Part shown: positions 15,001-25,699 of the stretch, piece after piece | Position numbering within the stretch: position 1 is the first letter of the stretch | Layout of the letters: every line of letters begins with the position of its first letter | Source: Auanema rhodensis | Lineage: Eukaryota > Animalia > Nematoda | NCBI GenBank assembly: GCA_964057225.1 | Contig: OZ059896.1 | Span: forward strand, 6,386,001 to 6,450,000 | Reading direction: 5' to 3' | DNA length: 64,000 nt | Translations under genes and position numbers: made by a program | Notes under the pieces: generated by a model | Told to the model about the DNA's origin: nothing | The model's input: only the letters and a program-made list of their open reading frames with translations | Database searches by the model: none

Positions 15001-18000
15001 GAAAAAGGAGAATTCCTAGTCAAATCTGACTTGGAAATTCCGATTCTACACATCTGAATACCCAAACTCAAGGTGTGTTTGTTTTATTTTAGTTGATGAT
15101 CTTGGAGTAAATCGGACATTCACCGAGCACAACGTGCCTACAGCCTGAACTTTTTTGTGAACAAATCTTGTGAATGGGGTCGATATAAACCTTTTTTTCG
15201 GAAAAAGGAGAATTCCTAGTCAAATCTGACTTGGAAATTCCGATTCTACACATCTGAATACCCAAACTCAAGGTGTGTTTAATTTATTTTAGTTGATGAT
15301 CTTGGAGTAAATAGCAGATTCACCGGGCACAACGTGCCTACAGCCTGAACTTTTTTGTGAACAAATCTTGTGAATGGGGTCGATATAAACCTTTTTTTCG
15401 GAAAAAGGAGAATTCCTAGTCAAATCTGACTTGGAAATTCCGATTCTACACATCTGAATACCCAAACTCAAGGTGTGTTTGTTTTATTTTAGTTGATGAT
15501 CTTGGAGTAAATCGGACATTCACCGAGCACAACGTGCCTACAGCCTGAACTTTTTTGTGAACAAATCTTGTGAATGGGGTCGATATAAACCTTTTTTTCG
15601 GAAAAAGGAGAATTCCTATTCAAATCTGACTTGGAAATTCCGATTCTACACATCTGAATACCCAAACTCAAGGTGTGTTTGTTTTATTTTAGTTGATGAT
15701 CTTGGAGTAAATCGGACATTCACCGAGCACAACGTGCCTACAGCCTGAACTTTTTTGTGAACAAATCTTGTGAATGGGGTCGATATAAACCTTTTTTTCG
15801 GAAAAAGGAGAATTCCTAGTCAAATCTGACTTGGAAATTCCGATTCTACACATCTGAATACCCAAACTCAAGGTGTGTTTGTTTTATTTTAGTTGATGAT
15901 CTTGGAGTAAATCGGACATTCACCGAGCACAACGTGCCTACAGCCTGAACTTTTTTGTGAACAAATCTTGTGAATGGGGTCGATATAAACCTTTTTTTCG
16001 GAAAAAGGAGAATTCCTAGTCAAATTTGACTTGGAAATTCCGATTCTACACATCTGAATACCCAACCTCAAGGTGTTTTTGTTTTATTTTAGTTGATGAT
16101 CTTGGAGTAAATCGAACATTTACCGAGCACAACGTGCCTACAGCCTGAACTTTTTTGTGAACAAATCTTGTGAATTGGGTCGATATAAACCTTTTTTTCG
16201 GAAAAAGGAGAATTCCTAGTCAAATTTGACTTGGAAATTCCAATTCTACACATCTGAATACCCAACCTCAAGGTGTTTTTGTTTTATTTTAGTTGATGAT
16301 CTTGGAGTAAATCGAACATTTACCGAGCACAACGTGCCTACAGCCTGAACTTTTTTGTGAACAAATCTTGTGAATGGGGTCGATATAAACCTTTTTTTCG
16401 GAAAAAGGAGAATTCCTAGTCAAATTTGACTTGGAAATTCCAATTCTACACATCTGAATACCCAACCTCAAGGTGTTTTTGTTTTATTTTAGTTGATGAT
16501 CTTGGAGTAAATCGAACATTTACCGAGCACAACGTGCCTACAGCCTGAACTTTTTTGTGAACAAATCTTGTGAATGGGGTCGATATAAACCTTTTTTTCG
16601 GAAAAAGGAGAATTCCTAGTCAAATTTGACTTGGAAATTCCAATTCTACACATCTGAATACCCAACCTCAAGGTGTTTTTGTTTTATTTTAGTTGATGAT
16701 CTTGGAGTAAATCGAACATTTACCGAGCACAACGTGCCTACAGCCTGAACTTTTTTGTGAACAAATCTTGTGAATGGGGTCGATATAAACCTTTTTTTCG
16801 GAAAAAGGAGAATTCCTAGTCAAATTTGACTTGGAAATTCCAATTCTACACATCTGAATACCCAACCTCAAGGTGTTTTTGTTTTATTTTAGTTGATGAT
16901 CTTGGAGTAAATCGAACATTTACCGAGCACAACGTGCCTACAGCCTGAACTTTTTTGTGAACAAATCTTGTGAATTGGGTCGATATAAACCTTTTTTTCG
17001 GAAAAAGGAGAATTCCTAGCCAAATTTGAATCGGAAATTCTGATTCTACACATCTGAATACCCAACCTCGACGTGTTTTTGTTTTATTTTAGTTGATGAT
17101 CTTGGAGTAAATCGCAGATTCACCGGGCACAACGTGCCTACAGCCTGAACTTTTTTGTGAACAAATTTTGTGGATGGGGTCGATATAAACCTTTTTTTCG
17201 GAAAAAGGAGAATTCCTAGCCAAATCTGAATCGGAAATTCCGATTCTACACATCTGAATACCCAACCTCGACGTGTTTTTGTTTTATTTTAGTTGATGAT
17301 CTTGGAGTAAATAGCAGATTCACCGGGCACAACGTGCCTACAGCCTGAACTTTTTTGTGAACAAATCTTGTGAATGGGGTCGATATAAACCTTTTTTCGG
17401 AAAAAGGAGAATTCCTAGTCAAATCTGACTTGGAAATTCCGATTCTACACATCTGAATACCCAAACTCAAGGTGTGTTTGTTTTATTTTAGTTGATGATC
17501 TTGGAGTAAATCGGACATTCACCGAGCACAACGTGCCTACAGCCTGAACTTTTTTGTGAACAAATCTTGTGAATTGGGTCGATATAAACCTTTTTTTCGG
17601 AAAAAGGAGAATTCCTAGCCAAATTTGAATCGGAAATTCTGATTCTACACATCTGAATACCCAACCTCGACGTGTTTTTGTTTTATTTTAGTTGATGATC
17701 TTGGAGTAAATCGCAGATTCACCGGGCACAACGTGCCTACAGCCTGAACTTTTTTGTGAACAAATTTTGTGGATGGGGTCGATATAAACCTTTTTTTCGG
17801 AAAAAGGAGAATTCCTAGCCAAATCTGAATCGGAAATTCCGATTCTACACATCTGAATACCCAACCTCGACGTGTTTTTGTTTTATTTTAGTTGATGATC
17901 TTGGAGTAAATAGCAGATTCACCGGGCACAACGTGCCTACAGCCTGAACTTTTTTGTGAACAAATCTTGTGAATGGGGTCGATATAAACCTTTTTTCGGA

Positions 18001-21000
18001 AAAAGGAGAATTCCTAGTCAAATCTGACTTGGAAATTCCGATTCTACACATCTGAATACCCAAACTCAAGGTGTGTTTGTTTTATTTTAGTTGATGATCT
18101 TGGAGTAAATCGGACATTCACCGAGCACAACGTGCCTACAGCCTGAACTTTTTTGTGAACAAATCTTGTGAATGGGGTCGATATAAACCTTTTTTTCGGA
18201 AAAAGGAGAATTTCTAGTCAAATTTGACTTGGAAATTCCGATTCTACACATCTGAATACCCAACCTCAAGGTGTTTTTGTTTTATTTTAGTTGATGATCT
18301 TGGAGTAAATCGAACATTTACCGAGCACAACGTGCCTACAGCCTGAACTTTTTTGTGAACAAATCTTGTGAATTGGGTCGATATAAACCTTTTTTTCGGA
18401 AAAAGGAGAATTCCTAGCCAAATCTGAATCGGAAATTCCGATTCTACACATCTGAATACCCAACCTCGACGTGTTTTTGTTTTATTTTAGTTGATGATCT
18501 TGGAGTAAATCGCAGATTCACCGGGCACAACGTGCCTACAGCCTGAACTTTTTTGTGAACAAATCTTGTGGATGGGGTCGATATAAACCTTTTTTTCGGA
18601 AAAAGGAGAATTCCTAGCCAAATTTGAATCGGAAATTCTGATTCTACACATCTGAATACCCAACCTCAAGGTGTTTTTGTTTTATTTTAGTTGATGATCT
18701 TGGAGTAAATAGCAGATTCACCGGGCACAACGTGCCTACAGCCTGAACTTTTTTGTGAACAAATCTTGTGGATGGGGTCGATATAAACCTTTTTTTCGGA
18801 AAAAGGAGAATTCCTAGCCAAATTTGAATCGGAAATTCTGATTCTACACATCTGAATACCCAACCTCAAGGTGTTTTTGTTTTATTTTAGTTGATGATCT
18901 TGGAGTAAATCGGACATTTACCGGGCACAACGTGCCTACAGCCTGAACTTTTTTGTGAACAAATCTTGTGGATGGGGCCGATATAAACCTTTTTTTCGGA
19001 GAAAGGAGAATTCCTAGCCAAATTTGAATCGGAAATTCTGATTCTACACATCTGAATACCCAACCTCAAGGTGTTTTTGTTTTATTTTAGTTGATGATCT
19101 TGGAGTAAATCGAACATTTACCGGGCACAACGTGCCTACAGCCTGAACTTTTTTGTGAACAAATCTTGTGGATGGGGTCGATATAAACCTTTTTTTCGGA
19201 AAAAGGAGAATTCCTAGCCAAATTTGAATCGGAAATTCTGATTCTACACATCTGAATATCCAACCTCAAAATGTTTTTGTTTTATTTTAGTTGATGATCT
19301 TGGAGTAAATAGCAGATTCACCGGGCACAACGTGCCTACAGCCTGAACTTTTTTGTGAACAAATCTTGTGAATGGGGTCGATATAAACCTTTTTTCGGAA
19401 AAAGGAGAATTCCTAGTCAAATCTGACTTGGAAATTCCGATTCTACACATCTGAATACCCAAACTCAAGGTGTGTTTGTTTTATTTTAGTTGATGATCTT
19501 GGAGTAAATCGGACATTCACCGAGCACAACGTGCCTACAGCCTGAACTTTTTTGTGAACAAATCTTGTGAATTGGGTCGATATAAACCTTTTTTTCGGAA
19601 AAAGGAGAATTCCTAGCCAAATTTGAATCGGAAATTCTGATTCTACACATCTGAATACCCAACCTCGACGTGTTTTTGTTTTATTTTAGTTGATGATCTT
19701 GGAGTAAATCGCAGATTCACCGGGCACAACGTGCCTACAGCCTGAACTTTTTTGTGAACAAATTTTGTGGATGGGGTCGATATAAACCTTTTTTTCGGAA
19801 AAAGGAGAATTCCTAGCCAAATCTGAATCGGAAATTCCGATTCTACACATCTGAATACCCAACCTCGACGTGTTTTTGTTTTATTTTAGTTGATGATCTT
19901 GGAGTAAATAGCAGATTCACCGGGCACAACGTGCCTACAGCCTGAACTTTTTTGTGAACAAATCTTGTGAATGGGGTCGATATAAACCTTTTTTCGGAAA
20001 AAGGAGAATTCCTAGTCAAATCTGACTTGGAAATTCCGATTCTACACATCTGAATACCCAAACTCAAGGTGTGTTTGTTTTATTTTAGTTGATGATCTTG
20101 GAGTAAATCGGACATTCACCGAGCACAACGTGCCTACAGCCTGAACTTTTTTGTGAACAAATCTTGTGAATGGGGTCGATATAAACCTTTTTTTCGGAAA
20201 AAGGAGAATTTCTAGTCAAATTTGACTTGGAAATTCCGATTCTACACATCTGAATACCCAACCTCAAGGTGTTTTTGTTTTATTTTAGTTGATGATCTTG
20301 GAGTAAATCGAACATTTACCGAGCACAACGTGCCTACAGCCTGAACTTTTTTGTGAACAAATCTTGTGAATTGGGTCGATATAAACCTTTTTTTCGGAAA
20401 AAGGAGAATTCCTAGCCAAATCTGAATCGGAAATTCCGATTCTACACATCTGAATACCCAACCTCGACGTGTTTTTGTTTTATTTTAGTTGATGATCTTG
20501 GAGTAAATCGCAGATTCACCGGGCACAACGTGCCTACAGCCTGAACTTTTTTGTGAACAAATCTTGTGGATGGGGTCGATATAAACCTTTTTTTCGGAAA
20601 AAGGAGAATTCCTAGCCAAATTTGAATCGGAAATTCTGATTCTACACATCTGAATACCCAACCTCAAGGTGTTTTTGTTTTATTTTAGTTGATGATCTTG
20701 GAGTAAATAGCAGATTCACCGGGCACAACGTGCCTACAGCCTGAACTTTTTTGTGAACAAATCTTGTGGATGGGGTCGATATAAACCTTTTTTTCGGAAA
20801 AAGGAGAATTCCTAGCCAAATTTGAATCGGAAATTCTGATTCTACACATCTGAATACCCAACCTCAAGGTGTTTTTGTTTTATTTTAGTTGATGATCTTG
20901 GAGTAAATCGGACATTTACCGGGCACAACGTGCCTACAGCCTGAACTTTTTTGTGAACAAATCTTGTGGATGGGGCCGATATAAACCTTTTTTTCGGAGA

Positions 21001-23720
21001 AAGGAGAATTCCTAGCCAAATTTGAATCGGAAATTCTGATTCTACACATCTGAATACCCAACCTCAAGGTGTTTTTGTTTTATTTTAGTTGATGATCTTG
21101 GAGTAAATCGAACATTTACCGGGCACAACGTGCCTACAGCCTGAACTTTTTTGTGAACAAATTTTGTGGATGGGGCCGATATAAACCTTTTTTTCGGAAA
21201 AAGGAGAATTCCTAGCCAAATTTGAATCGGAAATTCTGATTCTACACATCTGAATATCCAACCTCAAAATGTTTTTGTTTTATTTTAGTTGATGATCTTG
21301 GAGTAAATAGCAGATTCACCGGGCACAACGTGCCTACAGCCTGAACTTTTTTGTGAACAAATTTTGTGGATGGGGTCGATATAAACCTTTTTTTCGGAAA
21401 AAGGAGAATTCCTAGTCAAATCTGACTTGGAAATTCCGATTCTACACATCTGAATACCCAACCTCGAGGTGTTTTTGTTTTATTTTAGTTGATGATCTTG
21501 GAGTAAATCGGACATTTACCGGGCACAACGTGCCTACAGCCTGAACTTTTTTGTGAACAAATTTTGTGGATGGGGTCGATATAAACCTTTTTTTCGGAAA
21601 AAGGAGAATTCCTAGCCAAATCTGACTTGGAAATTCCGATTCTACACATCTGAATACCCAACCTCACGGTGTTTTTGTTTTATTTTAGTTGATGATCTTG
21701 GAGTAAATCGGACATTTACCGGGCACAACGTGCCTACAGCCTGAACTTTTTTGTGAACAAATCTTGTGGATGGGGCCGATATAAACCTTTTTTTCGGAAA
21801 AAGGAGAATTCCTAGCCAAATTTGAATCGGAAATTCTGATTCTACACATCTGAATACCCAACCTCAAGGTGTTTTTGTTTTATTTTAGTTGATGATCTTG
21901 GTGTAAATCGCAGATTCACCGGGCACAACGTGCCTACAGCCTGAACTTTTTTGTGAACAAATTTTGTGGATGGGGCCGATATAAACCTTTTTTTCAGAAA
22001 AAGGAGAATTCCTAGCCAAATCTGACTTGGAAATTCCAATTCTACACATCTGAATACCCAACCTCAAGGTGTTTTTGTTTTATTTTAGTTGATGATCTTG
22101 GAGTAAATAGCAGATTCACCGGGCACAACGTGCCTACAGCCTGAACTTTTTTGTGAACAAATCTTGTGGATGGGGCCGATATAAACCTTTTTTTCGGAAA
22201 AAGGAGAATTCCTAGCCAAATTTGAATCGGAAATTCTGATTCTACACATCTGAATACCCAACCTCAAGGTGTTTTTGTTTTATTTTAGTTGATGATCTTG
22301 GAGTAAATCGCAGATTCACCGGGCACAACGTGCCTACAGCCTGAACTTTTTTGTGAACAAATTTTGTGGATGGGGCCGATATAAACCTTTTTTTCAGAAA
22401 AAGGAGAATTCCTAGCCAAATCTGACTTGGAAATTCCAATTCTACACATCTGAATACCCAACCTCAAGGTGTTTTTGTTTTATTTTAGTTGATGATCTTG
22501 GAGTAAATAGCAGATTCACCGGGCACAACGTGCCTACAGCCTGAACTTTTTTGTGAACAAATCTTGTGGATGGGGTCGATATAAACCTTTTTTTCGGAAA
22601 AAGGAGAATTCCTAGTCAAATCTGACTTGGAAATTCCGATTCTACACATCTGAATACCCAACCTCAAGGTGTTTTTGTTTTATTTGAGTTGATGATCTTG
22701 GAGTAAATAGCAGATTCACCGGGCACAACGTGCCTACAGCCTGAACTTTTTTGTGAACAAATCTTGTGAATGGGGTCGATATAATCCTTTTTTTCGGAAA
22801 AAGGAGAATTCCTAGCCAAATCTGACTTGAAAATTCCGATTCTACACATCTGAATACCCAACCTCAAGGTGTTTTTGTTTTATTTTAGTTGATGATCTTG
22901 GAGTAAATCGAACATTTACCGGGCACAACGTGCCTACAGCCTGAACTTTTTTGTGAACAAATTTTGTGGATGGGGCTGATATAAACCTTTTTTTCGGAAA
23001 AAGGAGAATTCCTAGCCAAATCTGACTTGGAAATTCCGATTCTACACATCTGAATACCCAACCTCAAGGTGTTTTTGTTTTATTTTAGTTGATGATCTTG
23101 GAGTAAATCGGACATTTACCGGGCACAACGTGCCTACAGCCTGAACTTTTTTGTGAACAAATCTTGTGGATGGGGCCGATATAAACCTTTTTTTCGGAAA
23201 AAGGAAAATTCCTAGCCAAATTTGAATCGGAAATTCTGATTCTACACATCTGAATACCCAACCTCAAGGTGTTTTTGTTTTATTTTAGTTGATGATCTTG
23301 GAGTAAATCGCAGATTCACCGGGCACAACGTGCCTACAGCCTGAACTTTTTTGTGAACAAATTTTGTGGATGGGGCCGATATAAACCTTTTTTTCGGAAA
23401 AAGGAGAATTCCTAGCCAAATCTGACTTGGAAATTCCGATTCTACACATCTGAATACCCAACCTTGAGGTGTTTTTGTTTTATTTTAGTTGATGATCTTG
23501 GAGTAAATAGCAGATTCACCGGGCACAACGTGCCTACAGCCTGAACTTTTTTGTGAACAAATTTTGTGGATGGGGTCGATATAAACCTTTTTTTCGGAAA
23601 AAGGAGAATTCCTAGTCAAATCTGACTTGAAAATTCCGATTCTACACATCTGAATACCCAACCTCAAGGTGTTTTGGTTTCATTTTAGTTGATGATCTTG
23701 GAGTAAATTGGACATTCACC
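1..23720. repeat. Satellite DNA array, 200-bp monomer (occasional 199/201-bp units from poly-T slippage), ~118 copies, truncated by the left window edge
   Basis: The unit GGAAAAAGGAGAATTCCTAGTCAAATCTGACTTGGAAATTCCGATTCTACACATCTGAATACCCAACC...GGGCACAACGTGCCTACAGCCTGAAC...GTCGATATAAACCTTTTTTTC recurs with a 200-bp period, and the ORF track repeats every 200 bp. The array ends abruptly at ...GGACATTCACC (23720). Confidence 0.99.
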
Positions 23721-23899
23721 CCACCCTTTTTGCATTAAATAATCTTATACACATTAAACAAAATATTAATTTCTTCATCTTCTGTTCATCTAGACTCCGT
23801 CTATGGAGTTGTAGGTTTTTTCTAATATTCAAAGAATCTTTCAGAATTGAAGCAACTGTCAGACTTGATGAATACATAAGGATCTGGATTGCCTGAAAT

Positions 23900-24990
23900 T
23901 AAATTTCTCCAACTCGGAAGAAAGACTAGCAGTATGCGCAGAAAGTTTGGGGAGATTTGAGATGTAAAGACATGAAGAAAAAGATTATACTTTCCATTAC
24001 ATGATCAATGATGTTCTATTATTAGCTGATGTCTTCGAAAACTTCAGAACCAGTAAAGAGAACTTAGAAACTATAAGAGACATTGAAATGTATAATATGA
24101 TTGAAAAAGGAATAAGAGGTGGAATGGTTAATGATGTTAAAATCATAATATCATACTCACTCTATCTAGATACTAATTATCTATATGGTTAGGCAATGTG
24201 TCAAAAATTGCCTACTGGAGGATTCAAATTTGAAACTGATAAATCAAGAAATGTATTAATTATATTAATAAAAGAAATATGTTATTCATCACAGAAAGTT
24301 ATTGCAATGTTTAAAACTAGGAATGAAAATCACTAAGATTCATCGTGTAGTTACTTCCAAAGAAAGTGAATAACTTGAAAAATATATCAATCTAAATACG
24401 AATCTGTGCAAACAAGCTGAGATTCCTTCAAGTTAATGAATAACTCAGTTTTCTGAAAAATTTTGAAAAATGCTTGATGTCGAGTCGATGTTAACATTGT
24501 TTTAGGTGCAAATGATTCAACTATTCAAAGAATGCTTATGCTATGGTTTATACTCCTAAACTTAACTATAAGAGAAGTATTACTAATAGTAACGGACAAC
24601 TTGTTCTAGTAGAAATGACGAAGACTACACATTGTTTTTGATAAACCTATTTATGTAGGTTTCACCATTACTAAATCTTTGCTGTATGATTTCCACTATA
24701 ATGTTATTCAAAAGAAATATGGATATCGAAGATTAAAACTAGTTTATCAAGATATTGATTCATTAATTTACCAAATACATTCTAAAGACATTTATAAAGA
24801 TATTCTCGTGGATCAATTATTGAGAAAACCTTTGATGTTGAAGAACAAAAGAAAAACAAAGAAATCAAGAAAAATCTCTTTAAAAAATTGAAAGTCGATG
24901 ATTATAATAACAGTCTCTTTAATAAAATAATTGTAAGAAAGTATTGTATTAGAAGTATTAAGCAACAATTATATATTCAAGATATAGTTG
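23900..24990 (+). pseudogene. Protein-primed DNA polymerase B (pPolB) pseudogene
   Basis: Motifs occur in the expected order across shifting frames: YAQKVWGDLRCKDM; DVLLLADVFENFR; LETIRDIEMYNMIEKGIRGG; YLDTNYLYG*AMCQKLPTGGF (motif A); LKLGMKITKIHRV; FKLMNNSVF*K (motif B); KPIYVGFTI; LYDFHYN; LVYQDIDSLIY (decayed YxDTDS motif C). Several stops, frameshifts and internal deletions. Confidence 0.92.
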
Positions 24991-25025
24991 TTTTTGATAA
25001 TACTCAGGTATCCAAGTTTGACAAC

Positions 25026-25404
25026 CTAGAAAAACATAGTATTCATAATGGTTTTACAGATACTATTCTCCAAAGTGGTTAGAAAACAAAAGCATTTTTG
25101 AATTTGAAATGTAGAGAATTCTATTTTATCTTCCTCTTTTGAAGTTTTCAAATACTTTTGAATGTCTATTGACCCGAAACTATCAAAATAATAAATATTG
25201 TCTTTTATCTGTTTATAACAAACCAAATGTGTACCACTATTCTTCGAAGAATCTAAATTTACAATACCTACTTCTTTGGGGTGTACCTCGGATGGAAGTG
25301 TACCACGCATTAAGATATCTCGGAAAATGTTGGAGACCTAGCTCTTTTACCACCTCTTCAAGATCTAGAGTAGTCAGAAGCTGCAGGTCTTATTTGAATT
25401 TCAT
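25026..25404 (-). pseudogene. Adenain-like (C5 family) cysteine protease pseudogene of Polinton type
   Basis: ORF 25026-25310 reads MRGTLP..EVGIVNLDSSKNSGTHLVCY..YYFDSFG..IEFSTFQIQK, matching the GIVNLD/GTHW/YFDSFG/QIQ motifs. The upstream part (LTTLDLEEVVKELGLQHF) is in another frame with a stop, and the catalytic Cys region is degraded. Confidence 0.88.
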
Positions 25405-25699
25405 TTAATTGTTAATAAATTGTTGAAAATTGATTAAAAATGGAAATCACCCTAGTTTGGGTGAAAGGTGTTTTAGACTCTCAGGGGGCGTTTACAGTTA
25501 TAATACTACTTATATACATATATATATATAAAATCACCAATTTAGCTTATATAATATAAAAATAAAATAGATTAATATTGTTTTATAATAAATTAATTTA
25601 ATCGAGGTAATAAATAAAAATACGGCACATGTGCATACTGTTAAAGTAAGCTTGTCAATCTGTTTCGATAACATTGATGTTGAAATAGTCCAATATTGC

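Larger units (their letters stand above)
23721..25410. mobile_element. Degenerate Polinton/Maverick (adintovirus-like) remnant
   Basis: Adjacent, convergent, intronless remnants of a protein-primed family B DNA polymerase and an adenain-family cysteine protease, a hallmark gene pair of Polintons. No TIR, integrase, ATPase or capsid recognised. Boundaries approximate. Confidence 0.88.

Noticed and set aside
1450-23667. Dozens of 60-74 aa ORFs repeated every 200 bp
   Set aside because: By-products of the satellite: they occur on both strands, are toggled by single substitutions or poly-T slippage, mostly use non-ATG starts and have no domain similarity.
1-23720. CRISPR-like or other repeat-spacer array
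   Set aside because: There are no unique spacers, the whole 200-bp unit repeats, and the context is eukaryotic.
23725-23895. Minus-strand fragment SR*TEDEEINILF resembling a Myb/SANT WTxxE motif
   Set aside because: Too short and too interrupted by stops to support; at most part of the Polinton remnant.
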